A DNA stretch of 61,996 nucleotides, the filler included, from Limisphaerales bacterium (GTDB lineage: Bacteria; Verrucomicrobiota; Verrucomicrobiia; Limisphaerales; SIBE01), in the NCBI GenBank assembly GCA_044225505.1. It is 4 parts of 4 records of this genome, joined end to end, with 100 filler letters (N's around TTAATTAATTAA, not from the genome) between each part and the next. Parts side by side here need not be neighbours in the genome. Positions count along the whole stretch, not along the records: positions 27,727 to 56,559 come from JBGAIN010000109.1; 3 more parts are not named here. One strand, 5' to 3'. The translations under genes were made by a program, and so were the position numbers. Positions within the stretch are counted from its first letter, which is position 1, and each line of letters starts with the position of its first letter. Below the pieces are notes generated by a model. It had not been told where the DNA came from. It made no database searches and was given only the letters and a program-made list of their open reading frames with translations. Positions 38,144 through 47,201 of this stretch are shown here, one piece after another.

Positions 38144-40406
38144 CATTCACGGAGACAAATCCCTGGTCGCGGCAGCATCCGCCCCGACAAGCGCGGGCAG
38201 TGAAGTGTCCGCTGGGGACTCCTCGACCGAATCAGGTCTGGCTCCCGAGCCGGACAGCAGCCGTGGGAGCGCCCGCAAGTTCGAGCGGTGGAGCGGGAGG
38301 TTGGCCAGTACCTTCCGCATTTGGATCCTCCTCGCGTTTGGCTTCGGCCTAAGCTTGAGTGCGGCCGAGACCGCTGCGCCCGCACCTGCACCGACGGCCG
38401 CTGTTCCAGAGCGCTTCGCGAATGCGGACTGTTTGGACTGTCATACCGACCCGAAACTGACCCGCAAGCTCCAAGGCAAAGACGTTCTGCTAGCGGTGGT
38501 GCAAACGAATCTCTTCGAGAAATCGGTGCACGCCAAGCTTGCGTGCGTCGATTGCCACACGGGAGTCAAGGAATTGGTCCACGAAGGGAATCTGCCGCCG
38601 GCCACATGCACGGGCTGTCATGAAGCCCAACCCAGCCACGAAAAAGCCGTGAAAGACTACGCGGTGAGCATTCACGGAATGAGCCGATCGATGGGATCTT
38701 CCGCGGCGGCCACTTGCTCCGATTGTCATGGCACGCACGGAATCGTCGCGGCGAAGAATGTCGAGTCGGCTGTCTTCAAACTCAATTTGCCCCAGACGTG
38801 CGCCAAATGCCACAGCAATGCTGGCCTGACCAAAGAGTACCAGATGAAGTATCCGGAGGTCGGATCGCAATACCAGGATAGCATTCATGGGCGCGCGTTG
38901 TTGAAAATGGGACTGATCGTAGCGCCGTCGTGCAACGATTGCCATGGGGTTCACGATATCAAGCGCCGGGTGGATCGCAGCTCTCCCATCAATCAAGCCT
39001 CCGTAGCCAAGACTTGCGGTAAGTGTCATTTGAAGATCGAAGAGGTCTACAATAAGAGCGTGCACGGACAACTCATGGCCAAGGGCGATCCGCGCGCGCC
39101 GGTGTGTTCGGATTGCCACACGCCCCATCAGATCGAAAGTCCAACCGGGGCGCATTTCAAAGCGATCAGTGACCAGCGCTGCGGCGGTTGCCATCAAGAT
39201 CGACTGGCTCATTATCGCGATACCTACCATGGCAAAGCCATGGCCCTGGGCAAACCGAACGTCGCTCCAGACGTGGCGGCATGCTACGACTGTCATGGAC
39301 ATCACGACGTCTTGCCGGCGTCCGATCCCGCTTCCCATCTTTCGCCCGCGAACATCACGGAGACGTGCAAGCGCTGTCATTCGGGAGCAACGCCCAGTTT
39401 CGCGAAGTACCAGCCGCATGCCAACCCGCTGGACGGGCAGAATTACCCCGCGCTGCATGGAGTCTTTCTCTTCATGACCGCGCTCCTTATCGGTGTGTTC
39501 ACGTTTTTCGGGGCGCACACGTTGCTCTGGCTGTTCCGTTCGGTCTATCTCTACGTGCACGATTCCAAGAAGTTCCGGGAAGCAAAGGTGCACGCGCAAG
39601 CTGACGACGAGATGTTCACTCGCTTTGTGCCGTTTGAACGTTTCCTGCACTTCCTGGTCGTCACGAGCTTCCTTTTGCTGGTGGTGACAGGCATGCCTCT
39701 CAAATTCTACTATTCGGATTGGGCGAAAGCCTTGTTCGGTCTGCTCGGCGGCGCGGAAGTGGCCCGGGGTAACACCTGGGCGAATCGGAACAAACTGCGC
39801 GATCCCAAGTCCGGGCGCTTTCAACTGAAACGCGTCATGGCGGGATTGTTCGGTCCGGACTCGATGATTCCGACCTTGCAGGATTGGCGCGATTTTGTGG
39901 CGCATCAGAAATGGTTTTTCGGTAAAGGCGAAAAGCCGCAATTTGACCGCTGGACGTACTGGGAGAAGTTCGACTATTTCGCAGTTTTCTGGGGTGTGTT
40001 CGCCATCGGCCTTTCCGGCTTGATCATGTGGTTTCCGCAGTTTTTCTCCCGGTTCATGCCTGGATGGATCATCAATATCGCGTTGATCGTGCATTCGGAC
40101 GAAGCCCTTCTGGCAGCCGGATTCATCTTCACGATCCACTTTTTCAACACGCACTTCCGATTGGAGAAGTTCCCCATGGACACCGTGATCTTCTCCGGAC
40201 GTGTCTCGAAGACCGAAATGCTGCACGAACGCAAGCGGTGGTACGATCGCCTGGTGGCGGAGGGGCGACTGGACCAGCACCGTGTCAAAGACGAGTGGGA
40301 ACGCTGGAAGAGCATTGCCCGTTCCTTCGGCTACATCTTCTTCGGTCTCGGAGTGATACTCTTAGTGCTGATTGTGTATGCCATGGCCTCGCGCTTGACA
40401 CACTGA
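38118..40406 (+). CDS. CbcL-like multiheme cytochrome c (11 CxxCH) fused to FdnI-type cytochrome b domain
   Basis: 11 CxxCH counted; 'RWTYWEKFDYFAVFWG', 'HSDEALLA.GFIFTIHFFNTH', 'KFPMD'; true start uncertain (may be downstream). Confidence 0.88.
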   Translation: MIVTLAVHSIHGDKSLVAAASAPTSAGSEVSAGDSSTESGLAPEPDSSRGSARKFERWSGRLASTFRIWILLAFGFGLSLSAAETAAPAPAPTAAVPERFANADCLDCHTDPKLTRKLQGKDVLLAVVQTNLFEKSVHAKLACVDCHTGVKELVHEGNLPPATCTGCHEAQPSHEKAVKDYAVSIHGMSRSMGSSAAATCSDCHGTHGIVAAKNVESAVFKLNLPQTCAKCHSNAGLTKEYQMKYPEVGSQYQDSIHGRALLKMGLIVAPSCNDCHGVHDIKRRVDRSSPINQASVAKTCGKCHLKIEEVYNKSVHGQLMAKGDPRAPVCSDCHTPHQIESPTGAHFKAISDQRCGGCHQDRLAHYRDTYHGKAMALGKPNVAPDVAACYDCHGHHDVLPASDPASHLSPANITETCKRCHSGATPSFAKYQPHANPLDGQNYPALHGVFLFMTALLIGVFTFFGAHTLLWLFRSVYLYVHDSKKFREAKVHAQADDEMFTRFVPFERFLHFLVVTSFLLLVVTGMPLKFYYSDWAKALFGLLGGAEVARGNTWANRNKLRDPKSGRFQLKRVMAGLFGPDSMIPTLQDWRDFVAHQKWFFGKGEKPQFDRWTYWEKFDYFAVFWGVFAIGLSGLIMWFPQFFSRFMPGWIINIALIVHSDEALLAAGFIFTIHFFNTHFRLEKFPMDTVIFSGRVSKTEMLHERKRWYDRLVAEGRLDQHRVKDEWERWKSIARSFGYIFFGLGVILLVLIVYAMASRLTH

Positions 40407-40449
40407 CGGGCAGGCTCGTCGCGGGTCATCCGCAATCGGACGTTGACGT

Positions 40450-42246
40450 ATGGATAAAACCAAGCTTCGTTGGGCTGCCGCGACTGCGGTAGCGATTGGT
40501 CTCATGTTCTTGACCGCGGGAGCGCAGGAGATGAGCAACAAGCAGTGCTTGGATTGCCACGCGGACAAGGAGCTCACCAAGACCAACGACACGGGCAAAG
40601 CGATCTCCTTGTTTGTTGACGAAGCCAAGTTGCTCGCTTCGAGTCACAAGACAAACAGTTGCGCCAGTTGTCACGTCGACCTCAAAGCCACTCACCCGGA
40701 CGACAATGTCGCGGCCAAGCCGGTCGATTGCTCCCGCTGCCACGATAAGCCGTCTCAGACCTACCGCGAGAGCGTTCATGGGCTCGCGGTGCTCGCTGGA
40801 AAGGCGGATGCCGCAACTTGTAAGGACTGCCACGGCTCGCACGAAGTACTGCCTCCGAACTCTCCCTTATCCCCGTTGCATTATTCCAAACTCGCCACGA
40901 CCTGTGGCGAATGTCATCCGGAGCAGGCCCAGGACGTGCAAGCTAGTGTGCATGGGAAAGCCTCCGCCAAAGGCATGCGCGAGGCCCCCACCTGCACGGA
41001 CTGTCACTCGGAGCACAAGATCGAAGGACTTAAGGCGAGTTCGACGAAAGTGACCGAACAGATGTGCAGCAAATGCCACGCGTCCGAAAGGCTGAATACC
41101 AAATACCGGCTGCCCGCAGACCGCGTCCAAACCTTTTTCGAAAGTTATCACGGCTTGGCAGTGCAGTTCGGGTCCACGCGGGTGGCCAACTGCGGCAGTT
41201 GTCACGGTGTGCACAAAATCCTGCCTTCGTCCGATCCGGAATCCACAATTCATCCCAAGCATTTGGTGGAAACCTGCGGCAAGTGCCATCCGGGCGCTAA
41301 CGAAACGTTTGCCCTGGCCAAAATGCATGTCAGCCCGGACGGCACCGAATTCGGTACGGTGGTGAATCGTTATGTCCGGCGTGGCTACATCGGAATGATT
41401 GTCGCCGTGATCGGATTTATGCTCTTGCACAATGGGCTCATCTGGGCACGCAAGATCTTCGCATCGTATCGAGCCAAGAGCAGGACTGTCCAACGCATGA
41501 CCCGAGCTCAGCGAATGCAGCACTTGGTTCTTTTGCTAAGTTTTACGTTCCTGGCGTTGACCGGCTTTGCACTCAAATACCCGGACTCATGGCTGGCTTG
41601 GGCTCTTGGTGCGAATGAGGCGATCCGTCGCTGGAGCCACCGTATCGCGGGAGTTGTGCTGCTGTTTGCAGGCCTGTTTCATATTGGTTACCTCTTCGCC
41701 ACGCGGGAAGGGCGGCAGTTGCTCTTCGATCTGTTTCCCCGAGTCCAGGATGTGCGCGATTTCTTCACCAACTGTCGGTTTCTGACCAGTCGCGGTCGGC
41801 CGAAACCCAAATTTGGGCGGTTCGGTTATGTGGAGAAGGCGGAGTATTGGGCGGTCGTCTGGGGAACGATTATCATGGGGGTTACCGGCCTCATGATCTG
41901 GCTAAAGATCGATGTGACCCGATACTTGCCCCGCTGGGCGGTGGATGTTGCCACCACGATTCACTATTACGAAGCGATCCTCGCCTGCCTCGCAATTGTG
42001 GTTTGGCACTTTTACCACGTTATCTTCGATCCGGATGTTTATCCGATCAATTGGGCGTGGTGGGATGGGAACGTGGATGCTCATTGGTATGAAGAAGAGC
42101 ATCCGCTGGATACCGCGGCGCTCGCAGGGAAATCACATCCGGCGGCTTCAACTCAGTCTTTTGTTGCCGCGGGCGACCGCAAATCAGCTTCGCGACTCTC
42201 TCCGTCGGATCCTTCGAACCCAGGGCACAATGGAGGCCGTGGATAG
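40450..42246 (+). CDS. Second multiheme cytochrome c (9 CxxCH) / cytochrome b fusion
   Basis: Signal peptide, 9 CxxCH, cytochrome b His ligands 'RMQH', 'WSHR...LFH', 'IHYYE...WHFYH', 'RFGYVEKAEYWA'. Confidence 0.9.
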   Translation: MDKTKLRWAAATAVAIGLMFLTAGAQEMSNKQCLDCHADKELTKTNDTGKAISLFVDEAKLLASSHKTNSCASCHVDLKATHPDDNVAAKPVDCSRCHDKPSQTYRESVHGLAVLAGKADAATCKDCHGSHEVLPPNSPLSPLHYSKLATTCGECHPEQAQDVQASVHGKASAKGMREAPTCTDCHSEHKIEGLKASSTKVTEQMCSKCHASERLNTKYRLPADRVQTFFESYHGLAVQFGSTRVANCGSCHGVHKILPSSDPESTIHPKHLVETCGKCHPGANETFALAKMHVSPDGTEFGTVVNRYVRRGYIGMIVAVIGFMLLHNGLIWARKIFASYRAKSRTVQRMTRAQRMQHLVLLLSFTFLALTGFALKYPDSWLAWALGANEAIRRWSHRIAGVVLLFAGLFHIGYLFATREGRQLLFDLFPRVQDVRDFFTNCRFLTSRGRPKPKFGRFGYVEKAEYWAVVWGTIIMGVTGLMIWLKIDVTRYLPRWAVDVATTIHYYEAILACLAIVVWHFYHVIFDPDVYPINWAWWDGNVDAHWYEEEHPLDTAALAGKSHPAASTQSFVAAGDRKSASRLSPSDPSNPGHNGGRG

Positions 42247-42568
42247 TTCCCCGGCATTGGCCCTGTGAAGACCTAAACCCTGGCGTAGCCACCACGTTGC
42301 ACGGACGCGGCCCGCTTCCCATTTCTCAATCACGATCGGAGTCTCCAGCTCGGCCGACGTGTTCATGTCGGGTCATGGTTTTCTAAACCAAAATAGGTAA
42401 AGCAAAGAGCAACCCGAGTGTAGAGCTCCTAGTAGAGAGGTTTACTGTCGGTCGCGGAAACCTATGAGAGTCTAATTGCACAACGGTGGAAGAGCGGCTT
42501 TTCGTATGCACCCGCCTTTTTGCCCCGAGCGTGCCACGAGACCTCGTCAGCGATCGCAGGACAAACAA

Positions 42569-44248
42569 ATGAACAGACTAAACCAGCAGCTCAAGGGAGG
42601 CTCCCGGGGTAGGACGAGCCATCATGAAAGGAGAGTGGCCTTGGCCATACTCCTTGTCGCTGCTTCTGTGGGAGCAAGCCGTGCCGCAGAAAGCAGTTTA
42701 CCAAAAATCGTGCGGGCGGAAGGCGGCATTAGCCCGAAGCCAGTCGTCACGGCGGTCTCACGCTCGGCGGGGACTCCGAACAGTGTTCAAGTCGACTGGC
42801 AGGGCTTCGGTGGCCCGTACCAGATTGTCAAGTGTCCCGCACTTAAAGGTACGAATAGCACATGGTCCACCGTGGCGACAGTCACCAATGCCACCAGCGC
42901 GACCGTGGCGATTGACGGGGACGCCGGATTCGTGAGCGTCCAAGGGCCAGATCCAGCCTACATTGGGGCAGAGCGTTGCAGCCTTTGCCATATTGATACA
43001 CACGCGACTTGGACCAACACCGTCCATGCCGGGGCGTTTCAGACCTTGAAGAACATCAAGATGGAGAAGAATGCCTCCTGCCTTCCGTGTCACGTGGTGG
43101 CCTACGGGACAACCACTGGGTTCATTAACGAGGAGACCACTCCTCACCTAGCGGGTGTGCAATGTGAGAATTGCCACGGTCCAGCCGCGGCGCACGCGCG
43201 AAATCCGTTGCGCACCAAGCCGCCCATCGTGACGCTCTCCGCGGAGATGTGCGGCGGTTGCCATACCGATGTGCATCATCCCACCTATGATGAGTGGGCC
43301 AGCTCCGGTCACGGCAGTCTCGTGATTCCCGAAGAAGAGTTCTCGGACCCAACGACTGGTCCTGGGCGCATGCTGACCTGCGGCGCGTGCCATTCCGGGG
43401 CAGCCCGAATGGCCCTGCTCAACGGAGTTATCTATGGACAGGAGCCAGAACTGCCCAGCACAGAAGAGGCATCCACCACCGCGATCACGTGCGCTGTTTG
43501 TCATAGTGCGCATGTGAAGACCGAAAACCCGGCACAACTGCGTTTTCCGCTGCATTCCGAGATGCCCTACAGTTACAGCACCGCGACGAACTTTGTCGCC
43601 AATTACAATCCGCAAGTGCAGACCTGCGCGCAATGTCACAATATGCGCGGCGCCAGTTGGAAAGGCACCAGCCGTCCGCCTCATCACTCGCCACAGTACA
43701 ACATCCTGATTGGCAACGGCGGCTTTGAAGCTGGAATCACAAACGTGCCGCAATCCGCGCATATGAAGATCGAGAATCAGTGCGCCCAATGCCACACGCA
43801 TCTAAACGAGCCCGACGAGATCACGGAGCAGACTCCGGTTTACACGGGCCACAACTTCACTCCGACCATGAAAGCGTGCGCTCCGTGCCATGACGAACTG
43901 GGCGGCGAGTTGCTGATGGAGGCCGTGCAAGGCAACGTCAAGAAGCAGATTGCTGAAATCAAAGCATTGCTCGATCAATGGGCTCTCACCAAGGCTCCGG
44001 AAGCGTTGCGAACGAAATACGGAAGCTTAGCCTGGGAATTCCAGAACATCGGCCAATTGTCCAAGGCGACGCCAACCGTCAAAACTGGCCCTACGGCTGC
44101 CGAACAAGCAGGCGTTCCGGACAACATCAAGCAAGCTCGTCATAATATCTACATGATCGAACATGACGGCAGCTACGGTGTACACAACGGCAATTACGCC
44201 CGTTTTCTTTTGAAAGTCGCTCGCGACAAGGTTAAAGCCGAACTTTAA
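42569..44248 (+). CDS. Secreted nonaheme cytochrome c (c554-like N-terminal part, c552/OmcB-like C-terminal part) with extra N-terminal beta-domain
   Basis: SPI-type signal '...ASRA', 9 CxxCH, 'PHHSPQ', 'TGHNF', 'DGSYGVHN'; no CxxCK, no lipobox. Confidence 0.87.
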   Translation: MNRLNQQLKGGSRGRTSHHERRVALAILLVAASVGASRAAESSLPKIVRAEGGISPKPVVTAVSRSAGTPNSVQVDWQGFGGPYQIVKCPALKGTNSTWSTVATVTNATSATVAIDGDAGFVSVQGPDPAYIGAERCSLCHIDTHATWTNTVHAGAFQTLKNIKMEKNASCLPCHVVAYGTTTGFINEETTPHLAGVQCENCHGPAAAHARNPLRTKPPIVTLSAEMCGGCHTDVHHPTYDEWASSGHGSLVIPEEEFSDPTTGPGRMLTCGACHSGAARMALLNGVIYGQEPELPSTEEASTTAITCAVCHSAHVKTENPAQLRFPLHSEMPYSYSTATNFVANYNPQVQTCAQCHNMRGASWKGTSRPPHHSPQYNILIGNGGFEAGITNVPQSAHMKIENQCAQCHTHLNEPDEITEQTPVYTGHNFTPTMKACAPCHDELGGELLMEAVQGNVKKQIAEIKALLDQWALTKAPEALRTKYGSLAWEFQNIGQLSKATPTVKTGPTAAEQAGVPDNIKQARHNIYMIEHDGSYGVHNGNYARFLLKVARDKVKAEL

Positions 44249-44262
44249 TCCTGAGTCCGTTC

Positions 44263-44304
44263 ACGCGGGTTGGTCGCTCTCGGGCCAGCCCGCGTTTTCG
44301 TTTT
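44263..44304 (+). terminator. Rho-independent terminator closing the cytochrome locus
   Basis: ACGCGGGTTGG...CCAGCCCGCGT stem followed by TTTCGTTTT just after stop 44248. Confidence 0.75.
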
Positions 44305-44436
44305 CTCCCACGAGAGCTTCCATGTGTCGTCGAGCCTTGCTTCTCAGCCGTAACGAGGCTGCAACGCGCTCTGGCGAGCAGGCCGATGAACCTGGGCAAT
44401 ATCTTGGCATCAATCACCGGCCGAAACGCACCTCGG

Positions 44437-45717
44437 CTACCTTCGGACCTGACGAGTGACCAGGAAGTTGGCGATCCAGCTGGAAAGGAAGATTCCCACT
44501 GCAAAAAGACCGATCAACCCGCCGAAGGTGGGATGAGTCGAGCCGCGTGTCGTTTCTATCTCAGCCATGGCCATCAACGAGGCGAAAGCCCCGAGCCCAG
44601 CTCCAACCACCGCCACGGTGTAGCCAAGCATCACGCGGCGCGGCCAACCTTTTGGACATTTGAACACCGCCGCGACGGGCAGAACGGAGAACGCGAAGAC
44701 GGCTGTTCCAGCCAACAATCGCGGATCCGCGAGCGCCCCTGCCAAACAGAGCACAGAAAGCCCGACGAACGCCCCGACACAGGTGGACGCCAAGCGTTCT
44801 TCCTCGCTCAGCACCAGTCTGCCAAACCGGTTCAAGCGCAAGAGCAAATTGAACAATGGCTCAGCCGTCCAGGTGAGAAAGACAAAGATCAAGTAGAGGA
44901 TTTGGACCGGGAAGAGGTAAGGCTGAAGTTCGGGGCGCGCCGAGGAGAGCCCGCGCAATAGCCGCATCCCAAAGTATCCGCCCATGATCACCCCCCATTG
45001 CATTTGGCTGCTCAAACGCGACATCCAGAGAAAATACTTCAGCAACAGGGAATAGGTGAAATAACGGGCCTTCAGGGCCTCGACCGTGCCTTGCCTGGCC
45101 CATTCGTTTTCCGGATCGAGTCGCAGCGATTCGCAAAAGTGTTCCAACGCTTTCTTGTGTTCGCCGGAATGCAGCAAGGTCCAGCCTTGGTTCGCATGGG
45201 TCACCGAATTCTCCGGGTTCCTGGCCAGCGCCGCTTCGATCGTTTGACCAGCCTCCTCTTTCCTCCCAAGCTTAACGAGGGCGATCGCACGCAAGTTGGT
45301 ACATCCCACATGTTCCGGATCATGCTCTAACCCGCATTCCGCCGCGGTGAGGGCTTCTGCCCATTTGCGTTGGTTGACCAGCACTTGGGCGTGGAGCGCG
45401 CGATAGCTCGACTCTCCAGGCTCTAGCGCGATCGCTTCCGCAACGGCCGTTTCCGCGCCGGCGTAATCGTCACGCTCATTGAGAATCAACGCGCGCGCAT
45501 AATGGACGAACGACATCCCCGGATCGGCGCGCAGAGCCTCTTTCACTTCGTTTTCCGCTTCGTCAAACCGCTCTTGATGGGAAAGGCTCAGCGCTAGCAT
45601 AGCGCGGACGTACGCATCGTCAGGATCAGCGGCAGCGGCTTGCCTGAACTCAGGTTCAGCCTGTTGAAACCGCGACTGCTCGTAGAGCAGCAATCCCCTT
45701 TGAAGGTTCGGATTCAT
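44437..45717 (-). CDS. TPR-repeat protein with C-terminal transmembrane helices
   Basis: About 6 TPRs then about 6 hydrophobic helices; starts 8 bp after the AAA gene stop. Confidence 0.85.
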   Translation of the reverse strand: MNPNLQRGLLLYEQSRFQQAEPEFRQAAAADPDDAYVRAMLALSLSHQERFDEAENEVKEALRADPGMSFVHYARALILNERDDYAGAETAVAEAIALEPGESSYRALHAQVLVNQRKWAEALTAAECGLEHDPEHVGCTNLRAIALVKLGRKEEAGQTIEAALARNPENSVTHANQGWTLLHSGEHKKALEHFCESLRLDPENEWARQGTVEALKARYFTYSLLLKYFLWMSRLSSQMQWGVIMGGYFGMRLLRGLSSARPELQPYLFPVQILYLIFVFLTWTAEPLFNLLLRLNRFGRLVLSEEERLASTCVGAFVGLSVLCLAGALADPRLLAGTAVFAFSVLPVAAVFKCPKGWPRRVMLGYTVAVVGAGLGAFASLMAMAEIETTRGSTHPTFGGLIGLFAVGIFLSSWIANFLVTRQVRR

Positions 45718-45724
45718 GGGACCG

Positions 45725-47080
45725 CTACTTGAGCTTGAGATAAGTGAGGATATCGTCGTAAACCCCGCCTTGGTTCGAGTAAAGCGCGTAATTCTTAGCG
45801 GTCGAAAACCATTCGCGCGTCGTCGGCTTGAGCGTGGCGCCAGCCGCCACCAAATCTTTAGTGGTAATTGGCTTGGTCACTCCCGCGCGCAGCGCTTCCC
45901 GCAACTTGTTCTCCACGGCAACGTCCACTAGCCCTTTCAGGTCGGCGCCCGAAAAACCCTCCGTCTTTTTGGCCACGTGGTCGCAGTCGACGTCTAATGT
46001 CGGACGGTCGCGCAGATGGATCTGCACGATGGCAGCGCGTGCGGCCAGATCTGGCGGCGGTACGAACAGGATGCGATCGAATCGGCCCGGGCGTCGGAAC
46101 GCTGAGTCCAAGTGCCAGGGCGCATTCGTGGCTGCCAAAATGAGCACCCCTTCATTGGAGGCTTTCACTCCATCCAACTCCGCGAGGAATTGATTGATCA
46201 ACTGCCGTGCCGCGCTTTGCCGCATATCACTGCGGCTCGCGCCTAGCGCATCCACTTCATCGAAGAACAGAACACAGGGCGAATGCTCGCGCGCATTCTC
46301 GAAAATCTGGTGCAAATTTCGTTCGCTTGAGCCGATCCACATCTCGAGCACCTCGTTGATCCCCACGGAAATAAAGGACGCCTTGATCTCTCCCGCAGTG
46401 GCTCGCGCCAAATGCGTCTTTCCACAGCCTGGCGGACCGTAAAGCAGAATCCCGCCGCCTGCCTTTTTGCCGTAAGCCTTGTACAAATCCGGATGCGTGA
46501 GCGGCAGGATAATTTTGAGCTGGATCTCTTCCTTGACCTTCTCCATGCCGCCGACATCTTTGAACGCCACGTCCGGTCGCTCTGGTTCTGGCATGGTTGC
46601 CCCTTCTGGGCCATCCGAAGCAGCCCGCACTCGGCCTTCGACCAGCTCACTCTCTTCAGGATCCGCATTGATCCCTAGCCGCTCCGCCAAGGTCGGGTCT
46701 GCCGCTGCGCAGTCCAATTCCACCCCGCGCCGATATTGATCCACCGCCAGACGGATCTCGCCGATTCCCACCAGCAAGCGAGCGTGAAGAATGAAAGCTT
46801 TCGCGGGCGCTTTCGGATCTTTGACAATGGCTTCGATCAGCGCCAGGGCGTGGCTGCTTTTGTTTTGCGCCATAAACGCGCGGGCCAATCCCATTTTTAG
46901 TCCGAGAAGCTGCGGTGCCAGACTTAGGGCTTCGCGAAACTCTTTTTCCGCCTCGGCGGCGTGTCCATGAGAAAGGAGCGATTCCGCGTAATGTTGCCGG
47001 AGCGGAATATTCGTTGGCGTGACCCGGACTGCCTCACGCAGTGGCGCTAATGGATCGCCATCCGAGAATTCGTCGACCAT
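45725..47080 (-). CDS. AAA+ ATPase (classical clade) with N-terminal TPRs
   Basis: Walker A 'GPPGCGKT', pore loop 'MWIG', Walker B 'FFDE', SRH 'ATNAPWHLDSAFRRPGRFD'. Confidence 0.93.
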   Translation of the reverse strand: MVDEFSDGDPLAPLREAVRVTPTNIPLRQHYAESLLSHGHAAEAEKEFREALSLAPQLLGLKMGLARAFMAQNKSSHALALIEAIVKDPKAPAKAFILHARLLVGIGEIRLAVDQYRRGVELDCAAADPTLAERLGINADPEESELVEGRVRAASDGPEGATMPEPERPDVAFKDVGGMEKVKEEIQLKIILPLTHPDLYKAYGKKAGGGILLYGPPGCGKTHLARATAGEIKASFISVGINEVLEMWIGSSERNLHQIFENAREHSPCVLFFDEVDALGASRSDMRQSAARQLINQFLAELDGVKASNEGVLILAATNAPWHLDSAFRRPGRFDRILFVPPPDLAARAAIVQIHLRDRPTLDVDCDHVAKKTEGFSGADLKGLVDVAVENKLREALRAGVTKPITTKDLVAAGATLKPTTREWFSTAKNYALYSNQGGVYDDILTYLKLK

Positions 47081-47201
47081 GCGCCAGCGAATGGAATTCT
47101 TGAGTCGAAGTCAATGCTTATGCGACGCTTCCGCTCCGAGTAAAACGCTACCGTTCACGAACGGAAAGCTGGGTCGACTGTCTATAGAATGGTTCGCACG
47201 A

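Noticed and set aside
38490..40280. 596-aa antisense ORF, and similar long ORFs at 15868-16791, 30266-31246, 25364-26254 and 6902-7756
   Set aside because: Antisense shadows of well-supported genes in GC-rich DNA; no motifs
42569..44248. Nonaheme protein as NrfA/ONR nitrite reductase
   Set aside because: No CxxCK active-site motif; only the C-terminal 'DGS.GVHN' region is reminiscent
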